Shown piece by piece: positions 1 to 10,342 of a stretch of 64,000 nucleotides of DNA. Both the position numbers and the translations under genes were made by a program. The notes beneath the pieces are model-generated. The model made no database searches, had not been told where the DNA came from, and was given only the letters and a program-made list of their open reading frames with translations. Each line of letters begins with the position of its first letter. The stretch's first letter is position 1. This DNA is from Candidatus Uhrbacteria bacterium (lineage in GTDB: Bacteria; Patescibacteriota; Patescibacteriia; UBA9934; GWF2-40-263): positions 3,191 through 67,190 of the forward strand of contig JACQSF010000022.1 of NCBI GenBank assembly GCA_016206085.1, read 5' to 3'.

Positions 1-1410
1 AGCCCATCCAACCTCTTGCAACATGTTTTGAATCGCTTCATCGGTGCTGAATAAAAGCAACTGCTTTTGCGCAAGCGCCTGTAAAGTCACTTCCAAAACC
101 GAAGACCAACTCGCGCTGGGAAGTGCATACAGCCGAGTTTTCACCTCGTTCACAAGGTCTGCCAAAATTTCTTTGCGCTGGGCTTCCGGCACGCCCGAGG
201 CTGCATATCCATACTGAACCTGGTACTCAAGCAAGTCAGCCACATTCTCCGCGGTAAACGTCTGTCCGCCAACAGTGATAGGACCTGTAATGGCAAGCAG
301 ATCCGAGGCGTATGTTGGGGTGAAACCGATAAGATGATCTACCTGCTTCGTCGCAGGAACCTCGAATCCTTCATCTAAAAACCCAACCTCCTCGAGAAAT
401 AGCTCAATCGCCTGCGCAGATGAAACCGCGAAATCAGCAGACCAGTTGCTGTCACGAAAAAACCAATGCGTTGTGGCGTTGTACCGGCTCAGAGGCTCAG
501 GAGCTTCACGAGTGATAGCGTCTTCTACTGCACGATCAAGCGCATACACGTCTGCTGTTTCAAGGTGGGCAATATCGCCTCCTGACATTTCCAACACACC
601 ATAGGAACCGATAAATCCTCCGCCAGGACGCAACTCATTACTGTTCATGAACAACAAAAGAATCGAGGAAGACTCTTCAAGACCTGCAAACCCAGGCAGC
701 AATCGTGCAACAATAGAAAGCAACTGAAGAGGTTCTTGGGCAACCTGCAAATCCTCCATCAGCGGATCAAGGACCGCGAGTAAAGGTTCTAATTGGACAG
801 ACGCTGAAAGCAGCGACATCTCCTCCTCCAAAATGGCGAGCTCGACCAAAAAAAGATCTAATTCATCTGCACTGGCAGAAAGCCGTTGCAATACCGCCCG
901 TTTTGTTTCTGTCGAGAGGTCATCAAATGTCACTTCTGGAGAAACGCCTTCCTCCACCTCGCGAAGATATTCCTCACTGAGTCCTGCAAGGCGCATGAGA
1001 TCGCTCCCTAACTCGATGACTGGATCAAACGCTTCAAGAAGCGCTTCGCTTGCCGTTATCACATCGGCAAAGGTATCAACATGGATGCCTGCTAATGGGA
1101 GCCAAGAGGCGGACCGAATAAACGGAAGAACAGAACGAGCAGAGTCAAGTGATGCCTGTGCTGCTTGCGTCTCTTCCTTGGCCTCGCCAAATGAAAAACG
1201 ACCTACCGCCTCTCGGATCCCCACCATGGAATCCCGGGCCTCAAAAAGTTGGGTCGTAACATACACGCTTGCCGTAATGAAACTCACCACCCAAAGTGCA
1301 AGCAGAACAAAAAAGAACAAAAAAAGTGTTCGAACGATCCGCGTTCGCGACCTGCGAGCCTGTTCCTGTGAAGGCTCTGTGTCTTGAAGAAACTCTTGGT
1401 GGTGTGTCAT
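1..1410 (-). CDS. DUF4012 domain-containing membrane protein (C-terminus lies outside the window)
   Basis: My own minus-strand translation from ATG 1410-1408, with GAGGAGG directly upstream, gives MTHHQEFLQDTEPSQ... It has one N-terminal TM helix (LFLFFFVLLALWVVSFI) and the DUF4012 signature LLFMNSNELRPGGGFIGSYG. The frame stays open to nt 1. It is absent from the ORF track because it is truncated. Confidence 0.75.
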   Translation of the reverse strand, partial: MTHHQEFLQDTEPSQEQARRSRTRIVRTLFLFFFVLLALWVVSFITASVYVTTQLFEARDSMVGIREAVGRFSFGEAKEETQAAQASLDSARSVLPFIRSASWLPLAGIHVDTFADVITASEALLEAFDPVIELGSDLMRLAGLSEEYLREVEEGVSPEVTFDDLSTETKRAVLQRLSASADELDLFLVELAILEEEMSLLSASVQLEPLLAVLDPLMEDLQVAQEPLQLLSIVARLLPGFAGLEESSSILLLFMNSNELRPGGGFIGSYGVLEMSGGDIAHLETADVYALDRAVEDAITREAPEPLSRYNATTHWFFRDSNWSADFAVSSAQAIELFLEEVGFLDEGFEVPATKQVDHLIGFTPTYASDLLAITGPITVGGQTFTAENVADLLEYQVQYGYAASGVPEAQRKEILADLVNEVKTRLYALPSASWSSVLEVTLQALAQKQLLLFSTDEAIQNMLQEVGWA

Positions 1411-1460
1411 GTCCTCCTCTCTTACTTCTTAGGCCAGTATATCGTACCTTGAGACATCCA

Positions 1461-2513
1461 TCACGCAAACCACTTACGAATTTCCTTCGCTGGACGCTTC
1501 GCACGTTTCATCGTTGCCCGACGTTTTCGCCACATGCGCGGTACCAGAGTAAAGACCTCGCGAGTCGCTCTCCAACCAGAACGCTCAAACACAAGGATGT
1601 ATCCGAGCCGTCCCACTTCATACGTCATGATCCAAGGAACACTCAAAAGAAAATTGACGAGCTTCAAATTTTTGATGAGCATCAACCAATGATTTCGTGT
1701 GGAAAAAAAATTCCGCAACGAAGACTTCTCACGGTGGTTACGCATCCGTTTCCACAGCCCACTTTTCTCCGGCCCATACATGCCCCGATAATGATAGGCC
1801 ACGGCCCGAGGAACATAAAGCGAATCCCAACCTGCGTGCTGAAGACGCCAAGCAAGATCCACATCTTCTTTATACGCAAAAAAATCGTGGTCGAGAATCT
1901 CATCGCCAAACCGCACATCTTCGAGCGCTTTGGCACGATAGAGCACAAGTGCGCCAGAGATACCAAAAACCTTTTCTTGTTTTTCGTACTGACCTTCATC
2001 AAGCTCTCCAGCACCACGATCCGTGACCGTTCGATTACGATGCGGATTCAGGCCAACGGAGTCAATACGATCCGAACGAATAACCTCCTTAAGGACTTCA
2101 TCGCCCAAATTCTCTCCAAAGGCGCGCAGAAGTTTGCCTCCAAAACTCCCAACTTCTGGATGCGATGCGATCGCATGAACTAACTCCTCAAGAAAGGTCG
2201 GCGTAAGGAGTACATCGGGATTGATTATTAAAATGAAACGATCGGCTAGTTCTGTTTCTGGCCAGTGCTCAATCGCATACCGAATACCTTGATTATGCGC
2301 TGCTGAAAATCCGAGGTTTCGCGCATTGCGAATAAAGCCAACTTCGGAATACTGTTCTTTGAGAAATTGTTCGACTCCATCGGATGAGGCGTTATCGATA
2401 ATCAGAACGTTGAAATCCCGGATAGTCTGATCCATAATGGATTTCAACAAATCCGGCAAAAATCGCATCGAGTTCCAGCTCACAATGTGCACGCTTAATT
2501 TCGGATACGCCAT
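1461..2513 (-). CDS. Family 2 glycosyltransferase (rhamnosyltransferase-like)
   Basis: 350 aa. GT-A motifs VSWNSMRFLPDLLKSIMDQT, LIIDNASSDG, IINPDVLL and YKEDVDLAWR. Confidence 0.85.
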   Translation of the reverse strand: MAYPKLSVHIVSWNSMRFLPDLLKSIMDQTIRDFNVLIIDNASSDGVEQFLKEQYSEVGFIRNARNLGFSAAHNQGIRYAIEHWPETELADRFILIINPDVLLTPTFLEELVHAIASHPEVGSFGGKLLRAFGENLGDEVLKEVIRSDRIDSVGLNPHRNRTVTDRGAGELDEGQYEKQEKVFGISGALVLYRAKALEDVRFGDEILDHDFFAYKEDVDLAWRLQHAGWDSLYVPRAVAYHYRGMYGPEKSGLWKRMRNHREKSSLRNFFSTRNHWLMLIKNLKLVNFLLSVPWIMTYEVGRLGYILVFERSGWRATREVFTLVPRMWRKRRATMKRAKRPAKEIRKWFA

Positions 2514-2541
2514 ATGTGCTCCCTATGGTAGATCAAGATAA

Positions 2542-4020
2542 TTACCTCGTCTTTTTTGTAACCTTAAATCCAAGATAGTTTCCTATCATAAGTCTAGTCT
2601 GTGCGTCGATGGCTGGGAAGGAACCAAAGAGAATAAACGTCACGGGAAGTAGAATCCACTGAAGACCCATAGTAATCCAAGTATGTCTGCGGACTTCTTG
2701 CGGACGTGAAGGCAATAATGTGAGCGACATCACGGCGGAAATCAAGATACCGATCATGGCAAACTGCATCAGCTGCTCAAGAGTAAATGGAGCTGCTTGG
2801 ATAAGCGCATTGGTCTGACCCTTCGCAACCCATAATGGTAACCAACCAAGCACAAACATAATGATCGGCGCGGTCGCCCACGTGAACATCCCCTCAATAT
2901 GATTGAACACATATTGTGCCTTCTTGCGCCAAGGAATCTGCGAATCATGTTTGAATCCATCAATGATGAATGGAAGATGTTCCACTCCCCATGCCCATCG
3001 ACGCATCTGTACGTACAAAGCCTTCATTGAATCGAGGTAGTTTGCCCCTGTTACCGCATCCATAGAAACCGGCAAAAACATCGGTGTCACTCGATAGTCC
3101 CCGTGGTAGTGCAGATAGGCCTGCATGAAGATACGCGAATCCTCACTGACGATGTCTTTCTGCCAGAACCCCACGTCTTTGAGCATCTTCCACGGCATGG
3201 AGTGTGACGAGAATGTCCAAAGTCGTTCTGACCGCGTAAGCTCGCCAAAAAGCCAGAAGGTTGTTCCGAATGCTCCAATGCGCACGGGAGCGTTTGCCGA
3301 CCAAATATTGTTCGAGAACATGGCGATCGGTTGATACGAAGAACGAGTGGGATCCTCGACCGTGCAATACAAATAGGTGAGATACGAAAAATACTGAGGA
3401 TGTGCCACCGTATCAATATCAAACGCAGAAACCACCATCTCTTCATCTTTTACTTCTGGGAAACGCTCCCTAAGCCGACGCTCGAGTTCGTGTCCCATCC
3501 AGTGAAGGTTTGATCCCTTGCCAGGAATTTCGTCAGGTAACCCTTTGGGATGAAGGGTTGTTCCAAAGTAGGCAAAGACGGATCCAAACTCTTGTTGCGC
3601 TCGATGAGCCATTTTCTCAAATGCCTCTTTGTCTGCCTCTTCCCCTCCCAGCACAACAAAGAACCGGTTATTCGGCATCGTGTTATCCCTGAGCGAACGC
3701 AAGGTCGAACGAATGATCTCATAGCTCTCTTTGTAGGTGGGGAGCAAAACCAGATGACGAATACGCTCTGAACCAGGCACAGAAGCAAGCATCTTTTGCC
3801 AATCTGTTTTTCTTGCACGACGATAGCGACTCCAGGAAATGACAACAAACACGTTGAAGTAGAGAACTCGGAACAACCACAGCAAATCAAAAACGATGAT
3901 GAAAACGATCACCCACAGCGGCTGTAAAAAACTCAAGGCAAGGGCAAGAGAAAAAGTTCCCCAAACCAAGAGGCCGGGGAACATTTCCCAAAATCGTGAC
4001 TGACCGTAGTGATAGGACAT
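2542..4020 (-). CDS. Membrane-embedded family 2 glycosyltransferase (processive beta-glycan synthase-like)
   Basis: 492 aa. TM helices flank a GT2 core (LLPTYKESYEII, SAFDIDT, SEDSRI, and a QxxRW-type motif QMRRWAWG). Confidence 0.7.
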   Translation of the reverse strand: MSYHYGQSRFWEMFPGLLVWGTFSLALALSFLQPLWVIVFIIVFDLLWLFRVLYFNVFVVISWSRYRRARKTDWQKMLASVPGSERIRHLVLLPTYKESYEIIRSTLRSLRDNTMPNNRFFVVLGGEEADKEAFEKMAHRAQQEFGSVFAYFGTTLHPKGLPDEIPGKGSNLHWMGHELERRLRERFPEVKDEEMVVSAFDIDTVAHPQYFSYLTYLYCTVEDPTRSSYQPIAMFSNNIWSANAPVRIGAFGTTFWLFGELTRSERLWTFSSHSMPWKMLKDVGFWQKDIVSEDSRIFMQAYLHYHGDYRVTPMFLPVSMDAVTGANYLDSMKALYVQMRRWAWGVEHLPFIIDGFKHDSQIPWRKKAQYVFNHIEGMFTWATAPIIMFVLGWLPLWVAKGQTNALIQAAPFTLEQLMQFAMIGILISAVMSLTLLPSRPQEVRRHTWITMGLQWILLPVTFILFGSFPAIDAQTRLMIGNYLGFKVTKKTR

Positions 4021-4700
4021 TACTTCTCGGATGAAATATCTTTCTTCAAGCGGTTGAGAAACTGATGGGCGTGTTCCTTTCCGCCAAGCCCGAAGGCAAG
4101 TCCGCCAGCCAGAGCCAACATCGCCACAAGACCCGTAAACAAAACACGAATGAGCTCAGGAGCGATTTGGAGCTGCACAAGGGCGGCCATGAGGGTAAAA
4201 ACAAGAATCGCCCACTTCGCAACACCGGACAAAAATTCAGCCGAGGCAAGCTGTGCTGCTTCCACGGCAGACTTCACAACATTTTGGACAAAATTCCCAA
4301 GCAATATGCCAGCCAAGAGAATAATAACCGCAATGATCACGTTTGGTATGAACAGAACCACCTGAGCAAGGTAGTCCGTGACCTGATCCCATCCTAAAAT
4401 ATCCGTCGCGGCAATGAGGGCAATAATGATAAAAAACCACTTCACGATCCAACCTAACAGCGCTCCGATATGGAGCCGCAACCCCGCGCGTTCAAACTGG
4501 GCAGTAATCTCTAACCGCTTTGCCAGATCGTCAATGCGCAGAAGTCCGATGATTTGCACAACGAGTCGACGCAACACAACCGCGACAATCACGCCGATCA
4601 AAAAAACAATGATCGCTCCAAGAAGGTTTGGAAGATACGCCATAACCGTCTCCCAGAGTTCCAGAAGTGGACCTTGAAGTACGTCTTGTGTAAACGCCAT
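4020..4700 (-). CDS. Multi-pass membrane protein with conserved-TM-helix repeats (MscS N-terminal-like)
   Basis: 226 aa, all helical, with repeated segments such as LPNLLGAIIVFLIGVIVAVVLRRL. It overlaps the downstream start by 1 nt. Confidence 0.55.
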   Translation of the reverse strand: MAFTQDVLQGPLLELWETVMAYLPNLLGAIIVFLIGVIVAVVLRRLVVQIIGLLRIDDLAKRLEITAQFERAGLRLHIGALLGWIVKWFFIIIALIAATDILGWDQVTDYLAQVVLFIPNVIIAVIILLAGILLGNFVQNVVKSAVEAAQLASAEFLSGVAKWAILVFTLMAALVQLQIAPELIRVLFTGLVAMLALAGGLAFGLGGKEHAHQFLNRLKKDISSEK

Positions 4701-4750
4701 AAAGATATTTTTTTACAATGATACCTATACATTAACATTTTGAGTGAATC

Positions 4751-5161
4751 CTAGTCACATCCGTTATCCCCACTGTTGATACGAGCTTTCGTAATTTCTG
4801 GCGGCCGGTCGTACGTTGGAGCGACATGAGTCGATCCCATTTCCGGCAAGCTCATAAGCAATTCCGTTAAAGAACGATGTGATGAATTTTCAACTCCCAT
4901 GATAGGAATATTCCTGCTAAAAGCAATCGCATTTGCTATGGTGGTGCTGACACGACTCGCCGTGAACGAACCCGGACCTGTGACAACCAGAATACTCTTT
5001 ATCTGTTCCAAAGATACAGACCATGCCTCTAACGTCTGATGAAGGTTCAAAAGATATCCCTCTGGGGAAGTTTCACTAGTGCGTTCCTGGATGAGTTTCC
5101 CACTCTGTGCAAGACCGATAGACAGCCAACCAATGTCTTGAGCCAAAAGAAGGAGCATCAT
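4751..5161 (-). CDS. tsaB: Short TsaB/YeaZ-like protein (t6A synthesis partner)
   Basis: 136 aa. TsaB-type motif ILVVTGPGSFTASRVSTTIANAIAF. Its start overlaps the stop of the upstream regulator gene by 4 nt. Confidence 0.55.
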   Translation of the reverse strand: MMLLLLAQDIGWLSIGLAQSGKLIQERTSETSPEGYLLNLHQTLEAWSVSLEQIKSILVVTGPGSFTASRVSTTIANAIAFSRNIPIMGVENSSHRSLTELLMSLPEMGSTHVAPTYDRPPEITKARINSGDNGCD

Positions 5162-5769
5162 ACAAGACGATGGATCCGATCAATCATCACGACTTTTTCG
5201 CCATTGAGAATAGAAAAAAGAAACCGATCGGCGACTTGTCTACGATCAAGGAATTCATCCTTAGGCATGAGCGTATAGTTAATCTCATAAGGGATTTCCT
5301 CTTCAAATTTCGCGATCATTTTTTCCAAGTCCTCTTGTTTGATGGATCCTACAATGAGGATGTCCGTGGGAATATCTGTGGCATCAACGAATCTTCCCGT
5401 AAACGCAAGATAATCAATACGCCCTTTCTCTTGAATGTCTTGTACAAGATTTTGCTTCAAAAGAATTTGTACTTTTTGAAAAAGCGATCGGAGGTCAGCA
5501 AAGAGAATAAAATCCTGGTTCGTGCAGTAGTATTTTTTTTTGTCCGCCAGACGAGGTGAGGCTTTTTCCATTCCTTCTTTTTCCAACAGAAGTCCAAGCT
5601 GGACTAAATTTTTCAACTCTCGACGAACGGAATTGAGCTGGGCGTCAATCCGTCTGGTCAGCTCTCGAACAAAAAACAGGTCGTCTGGTTGCGAAAGAAA
5701 GAGCGCCATGAGCCTCGCCCGCGTCTTTGAACCAAACATCTGTTCGAGTTTAAAAGGTTTTTTCATCAT
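5158..5769 (-). CDS. Winged-helix (ArsR-like) transcriptional regulator with a C-terminal alpha/beta domain
   Basis: wHTH segment FGSKTRARLMALFLSQPDDLFFVRELTRRIDAQLNSVRRELKNLVQLGLL. I start it at the MMKKPF ATG (5769); the track start at 5814 would abut the divergent gene. Confidence 0.6.
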   Translation of the reverse strand: MMKKPFKLEQMFGSKTRARLMALFLSQPDDLFFVRELTRRIDAQLNSVRRELKNLVQLGLLLEKEGMEKASPRLADKKKYYCTNQDFILFADLRSLFQKVQILLKQNLVQDIQEKGRIDYLAFTGRFVDATDIPTDILIVGSIKQEDLEKMIAKFEEEIPYEINYTLMPKDEFLDRRQVADRFLFSILNGEKVVMIDRIHRLV

Positions 5770-5780
5770 AATGGCTTCAT

Positions 5781-5808
5781 TTGCGCCTCCCGAACATCTA
5801 GGTATAAT
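5781..5808 (+). promoter_or_regulatory. Sigma70-like promoter of the 743-aa ORF; likely leaderless mRNA
   Basis: TTGCGC (5781-5786), 16 nt, TATAAT (5803-5808). ATG 5817 lies 8 nt after the -10 box and has no SD. Confidence 0.45.
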
Positions 5809-5816
5809 GTACACAA

Positions 5817-8048
5817 ATGCTAACTCCTGGGCAAATGGCTATGCACGCTGAGATCAAAGGGGCGACCTATGAACCCCAGACGCCCGATGAACACATCCGT
5901 GGGATCTCTCTGCTTCTTCCTGTCCAGGAGCGAGGAGGATTTGTCTTTCTTGTTGCGTACACAAAAAAGGAAACAGAGGACGCGGAAGTCCTCCTCCAAG
6001 TGCTCATGGAGCAAACAAGACGTCTTGCAGATTCATTTGGAAAAGAATCAAACCCACAGCATCGCTTTGAACAATTCCTTGGTGCGTTAAATGAGACGCT
6101 TGCGCAGTACGTTCGGGAAGGCCGTTGGCAAATTCCTATTGAACATCTCCACGCGTTGGTAGGAATCGTCTCAACAACGGAAATGTACCTCTCAGGAACG
6201 GGAGAATTGGGAGTATTATTTCTTCACAAGAAACCCTCGCAACGATACCAAATTTTCAATTTGTTCCGAGGCCTCCAGACAGAACAGTCCCTTCCCACAT
6301 GGGAAAAAACATTTGCCATCGTCTTGGACGGAGACCTTCACTCAGGAGATGTATTTTGCGTGAGCGACAAGGATCTCCAAAGAGCCATCCCACCAGACGA
6401 ACTCAATCACATTTTATCCTCCCTTCCGCCTGTTGGGGCAGTACAAAAAATCCGCCAATACTTTGCGCTCAAAGACAGCCTCTTGCTTACGATTTTAAAA
6501 GTAGCTGACGAGAGTGTCGTACAAACAACAGGGTTTCAATCCTCAGCAACACCCCAATCGAGCCTTTCGGTAGAAGCATTCAACTCAACAGAAGAACAAA
6601 CCGATCGTTTATTAGGCGACCAACGCCCCAAGCTCTCTCATCTGGTCAAAAAAGTACTCGCCTATGTACAACCAACGTCCAACAACCGCTCAAGAATACT
6701 GAAAGAACTAGACTCACAGGGAAGCTTCAGGGATCTTCTGCGTCGTAGTGCGCGATTCGGGCTGCGGATTACAAGTTTCCTGTTAAGACAAGGCAAAAAA
6801 ACGGTATCCAAGTGGTTCCAACTATTGAAAAATAAAGAGGGGCGAACTCGCGTTAAAACGCATCTTGAGCTAAAACAACGTCCATTCCAAGGGGGTTTCA
6901 CGTCCCTGTTTGGACGAATCCGAACAGCTCCAGCATCGACAAAATATCTCGTCGGCGGTGTTGTTGTCGCAGCCGTCGTTCTTGTGGTGGGTATTTCTAC
7001 CCTCTCAAAATCCCAAGCGCGGGCGGCAGAGGAAGAAACCTACCAAAGACAGCTTGCGTCGATCCAAGACCTAATGGAACGAGCGGCTGGAGCCGTGATT
7101 TACAAAGATGAAAACCAAGCGCGTAGTCTTTACGTAAACGCCCAAACGCTCATCGAATCACTTCCAAGTAACACCCCTGAACGAGAAGAACACGTCCAGG
7201 AACTCAAACATGATCTTCAAACCGCTCTCAACGAAATCCGCCACTTAGTGACAATTCCAAACCCACCTCTTTTAGCAGATCTTGAAACGCTTACGGATGG
7301 AGTATTTGGAAACGCTCTGATCTTGGCCTCAGGAAACCTCCTCGTCGCTGGATCTGATGGACGTGTCTACCAATACCATCGCCAAGAAAAACGCTTTGAC
7401 ACCATCGCCACAGCAACTAACACAAACTCTCCCATCGCCATGAGCCAAGAAGACGGGCGCACCTATTTGCTGAGTTCAGATGGAAATATCTCGAGCGTTT
7501 CTTTTGAAGATCAAACCCTGAACACCCTTTCGACCCAAGACAACCGTTGGATCGATCTGGTCGCCTACGCCAATCGTCTGTATCTGCTGCGACCAAGCAC
7601 AGAAACAACTGAAGGCCAAATCGTGCGATTCAACATCAGTGGTTCAACGCTTGATGGGGAAACAGATTGGATTACTTCTCGAACGGTTGCTCTGGATACC
7701 GCTGTCTCCTTTACCATTGATGGAAACGTCTACATTCTCATGCAGGATGGTTCGGTATCACGTTTTGCCAATGGAAGCGAGGAAGGATGGAACACAAGCA
7801 TGGTAGATCCACGCCTCACACAGGCTCGCAAAATCTGGACCAACGCAGAAAGTGCCTACTTGTATATTCTTGAACCTTCCACTCAACGTATTGTTGTTTT
7901 CCTCAAAGAGACAGGGGCATTCGTTGTTCAATATCGGTCTGATGCATTCCAAGGCCTGACAGACTTTGTGGTAGACGAATCTGGGTATACCATCTACGTC
8001 CTGGCTGGATCAAAATTGTATTCAATCGCTCCAAGTCACTTGGAATAA
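5817..8048 (+). CDS. Large single-pass membrane protein of unknown function with a beta-rich (propeller-like) C-terminal domain
   Basis: 743 aa. About 380 aa of N-terminal region, one TM helix (YLVGGVVVAAVVLVVGISTL), a helical linker, then repeated beta-strand units. No family recognised. Confidence 0.6.
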   Translation: MLTPGQMAMHAEIKGATYEPQTPDEHIRGISLLLPVQERGGFVFLVAYTKKETEDAEVLLQVLMEQTRRLADSFGKESNPQHRFEQFLGALNETLAQYVREGRWQIPIEHLHALVGIVSTTEMYLSGTGELGVLFLHKKPSQRYQIFNLFRGLQTEQSLPTWEKTFAIVLDGDLHSGDVFCVSDKDLQRAIPPDELNHILSSLPPVGAVQKIRQYFALKDSLLLTILKVADESVVQTTGFQSSATPQSSLSVEAFNSTEEQTDRLLGDQRPKLSHLVKKVLAYVQPTSNNRSRILKELDSQGSFRDLLRRSARFGLRITSFLLRQGKKTVSKWFQLLKNKEGRTRVKTHLELKQRPFQGGFTSLFGRIRTAPASTKYLVGGVVVAAVVLVVGISTLSKSQARAAEEETYQRQLASIQDLMERAAGAVIYKDENQARSLYVNAQTLIESLPSNTPEREEHVQELKHDLQTALNEIRHLVTIPNPPLLADLETLTDGVFGNALILASGNLLVAGSDGRVYQYHRQEKRFDTIATATNTNSPIAMSQEDGRTYLLSSDGNISSVSFEDQTLNTLSTQDNRWIDLVAYANRLYLLRPSTETTEGQIVRFNISGSTLDGETDWITSRTVALDTAVSFTIDGNVYILMQDGSVSRFANGSEEGWNTSMVDPRLTQARKIWTNAESAYLYILEPSTQRIVVFLKETGAFVVQYRSDAFQGLTDFVVDESGYTIYVLAGSKLYSIAPSHLE

Positions 8049-8049
8049 T

Positions 8050-8421
8050 ATGAAAGCACATCACATCGTCCTTCTTGTCCTCGCCGTCGTCATTGTTGGT
8101 GGGTTCTTCCTCTGGCCACAAACAAACATCCAAATTCCCGTCGACGAACTCACCGGAACCTGGCGCGGGGAAGCCAGTCCTGAAGCGGAATATCAATGGT
8201 GGATGATCTATGAGTTTGAAAATGGCCACTATACACTCACCACCGATTCAAGCTATCAGGAGGAAGGGACCTACGAAATCACGGAACGTTTCCTGGATGG
8301 ATCCATTCTCGTAAAGAAAGTCTACGCCGACGGAGCAAAGGAATATGAAATGAATGTCCTTACCACGACGGACGATCCGGATGTCATCTCGATCGAAGGA
8401 ACAAAACTCTATCGTCAGTAA
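8050..8421 (+). CDS. Small membrane-anchored hypothetical protein
   Basis: 123 aa with an N-terminal anchor HHIVLLVLAVVIVGGFFLW. It starts 2 nt after the upstream stop. Confidence 0.5.
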   Translation: MKAHHIVLLVLAVVIVGGFFLWPQTNIQIPVDELTGTWRGEASPEAEYQWWMIYEFENGHYTLTTDSSYQEEGTYEITERFLDGSILVKKVYADGAKEYEMNVLTTTDDPDVISIEGTKLYRQ

Positions 8422-8423
8422 AA

Positions 8424-8457
8424 CAAAAATCCCTTGAGAAACTCAGGGGATTTTTTG
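8424..8457. terminator. Bidirectional intrinsic terminator between convergent genes
   Basis: AAAAATCCCTTGAG-AAA-CTCAGGGGATTTTTT, with an A-run and a T-run on the two sides. Confidence 0.7.
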
Positions 8458-8462
8458 TTAGG

Positions 8463-8867
8463 TTACTTGATGGTGACCTTGGCGCCAGCTTCTTCGAGCT
8501 GTTTCTTGATGTCTTCAGAGGTCGCCTTGTCGACTCCCTGTTTGACCATGCTTGGAGCACCGTCAACGAGATCTTTCGCTTCCTTGAGTCCAAGACCGGT
8601 GATGGTTCGAACCGCCTTGATGGCGTTGATCTTATTCTCGCCAGCAGCGGTGAGCTCGACATCAAAAGACGTCTTCTCTTCCTCAACGGCGGCTCCGGCG
8701 GCTGGGCCAGCGGCCATCATCATGGCTGGAGCGGCGGCGCTCACACCGAACTTGTCTTCGAGCACTTTCACGAGATCCGCGAGGTCGAGAACCGACATGG
8801 ACTCGATCGACGCGACGAGGCTCTTAAACTTCTCAGGAACCTCTACTGTTTTTGTTTCGTCTGACAT
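8463..8867 (-). CDS. rplL: 50S ribosomal protein L7/L12
   Basis: 134 aa with the classic sequence ...[38 protein letters not shown]... Confidence 0.95.
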   Translation of the reverse strand: MSDETKTVEVPEKFKSLVASIESMSVLDLADLVKVLEDKFGVSAAAPAMMMAAGPAAGAAVEEEKTSFDVELTAAGENKINAIKAVRTITGLGLKEAKDLVDGAPSMVKQGVDKATSEDIKKQLEEAGAKVTIK

Positions 8868-8873
8868 AAGAAT

Positions 8874-9392
8874 TTACTTCGTGGCTTTAATAGCATTGAG
8901 AACGTAGACCAATGAGCGGAGATTCCCAGCAAGGACATTGACGAATCCAGAGATGGGCGCGCCCAGAGAGCGAACCAGCATGGCAAGAAGTTGCTCGCGG
9001 CTTGGGAGTGTGGCGAGCTGTTTGATGGCGTCCGTGCCGACAAACTTCCCTTCCAGGATACCGCCGACGATTTGGATCGTCTCGCGTTCCTTGGCAAAAT
9101 CGGCCATGAGCTTGGCGGCCGCGACCTCATCATCGAAACCGATGGTGGTGAGGATGCTGCCTTCGAGCTCATCTGACGCAATGGTGAAGCCATTGCTCTG
9201 AAGGGCTCGGTTGAGGAGCGTCTTCTTGGCGATCATGACTTCCACACCGACTTCACGTCCTTTCTGACGGAGACTGTTGGCGTCATCCATGGTGTATCCC
9301 GAGATTCTCGTGAACACAACAGATTTCATCTTCCCAATCTTTTGGGCAAGCTCGTCAACGATCTCTCCTTTTTGTGCACGTGTTTTTGGCAT
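8874..9392 (-). CDS. rplJ: 50S ribosomal protein L10
   Basis: 172 aa, ...MKSVVFTRISGYTMDDANSLRQKGREVGVEVMIAKKTLL..., directly upstream of rplL. Confidence 0.95.
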   Translation of the reverse strand: MPKTRAQKGEIVDELAQKIGKMKSVVFTRISGYTMDDANSLRQKGREVGVEVMIAKKTLLNRALQSNGFTIASDELEGSILTTIGFDDEVAAAKLMADFAKERETIQIVGGILEGKFVGTDAIKQLATLPSREQLLAMLVRSLGAPISGFVNVLAGNLRSLVYVLNAIKATK

Positions 9393-9553
9393 AGGTGAGC
9401 GTTTAGTGAATGGTTCGACCTTTAAATAAATAAACTACGGACTTACGCCGTAGAACAAGGTCGAAAAAGTGAAACTTTTTCGTTGTTCACCTCGACGGGA
9501 CTTATGCCACAAGGGCAACCCGTTGTCTACGGTAAATCTTCAGTTCGAGCCTT
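9393..9553 (-). promoter_or_regulatory. Structured rplJ 5' leader (candidate L10 autoregulatory leader)
   Basis: A roughly 160-nt untranslated leader between the promoter and rplJ, with stem-loops such as CTACGG-ACTTACG-CCGTAG. The position matches known L10 leaders. Not checked against a covariance model. Confidence 0.35.
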
Positions 9554-9582
9554 AGAATAACCACTCTGAGTTTTTCTGTCAA
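9554..9582 (-). promoter_or_regulatory. rplJL promoter
   Basis: On the minus strand: TTGACA (9582-9577), 17 nt, TATTCT (9559-9554). These are the same hexamers as the rpmE promoter. Confidence 0.55.
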
Positions 9583-9609
9583 ATCGAAATCGAGTTGACC
9601 TTGTAGTAT

Positions 9610-10320
9610 CTAACTTTTGATGACTGTTCCTGTGAATCGTTCCCCTTTAAGCAGGCCGTCGAGATTTTTCATGTTGGTTCCATTGAGAATGGCCACTTTG
9701 ATGCCGCTATGATGTGCGAGACGGGAAGCCACTGGATCAAACGGGACGTTCATGCCAGGATCCCACTCATTCCCCACCATCTTGCGAAATTCCTTCCAGG
9801 TGATGTCACAGATCGCCTCGGCGTCAGCATGTTTGTTTGGGTCTTTGTTGTACACGTAGTCGATGTTGGAGAGGTTCACGACAACATGACTCTTGAGACG
9901 CTTGGCCAACCGGGTTGCGACATAGTCGGTCGACCAGCCCGGCTTCCATCCAGCGGCAACGAGCACAGGCTTCGTCCAACGATGCAGCGGTCCTGTGGGA
10001 TCTTTCAGCATGATCGGATGGGCAACATCACGCAATATCGTGCGCATAAGATGACCGTTAAGACGGGTAGAATGAATTCCGAGCCAATCGAGGTCATCTC
10101 GTGTGAGTTTTCCTACTTTGCGCGCCGCCTCCTGATACTGCCTAGCCGTTCCTCCCCCACCCACCACGATCACGAACCGCCACCCGTTCTTGAGGTGCTT
10201 GGTAATGAGCGCTTTGAAGTCTTTAAGAAACTGATAATCGATTCCTCCATTTGGTACCACGAGCGAGCCGCCAACAGAGATAATGAGTGTCGTAGGTGTG
10301 AGCGAGTTGGAGTGATCCAT
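9610..10320 (-). CDS. pyrH: Amino-acid-kinase family protein, archaeal-type UMP kinase-like
   Basis: Motifs ISVGGSLVVPNG, VIVVGGGGTARQY and GWKPGWSTDYVATRLA. I use ATG 10320 (MDHSNS...); the track start at 10383 overlaps the upstream gene by 41 nt. Confidence 0.65.
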   Translation of the reverse strand: MDHSNSLTPTTLIISVGGSLVVPNGGIDYQFLKDFKALITKHLKNGWRFVIVVGGGGTARQYQEAARKVGKLTRDDLDWLGIHSTRLNGHLMRTILRDVAHPIMLKDPTGPLHRWTKPVLVAAGWKPGWSTDYVATRLAKRLKSHVVVNLSNIDYVYNKDPNKHADAEAICDITWKEFRKMVGNEWDPGMNVPFDPVASRLAHHSGIKVAILNGTNMKNLDGLLKGERFTGTVIKS

Positions 10321-10342
10321 ATGAAAAGACGCCTCGTGGCGT

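Noticed and set aside
833-2183. Plus-strand ORFs 833-1387 and 1296-2183
   Set aside because: They are antisense shadows of the DUF4012 gene and the GT2 gene. Their products are S/R-rich or low-complexity, while the minus-strand frames carry clear family motifs.
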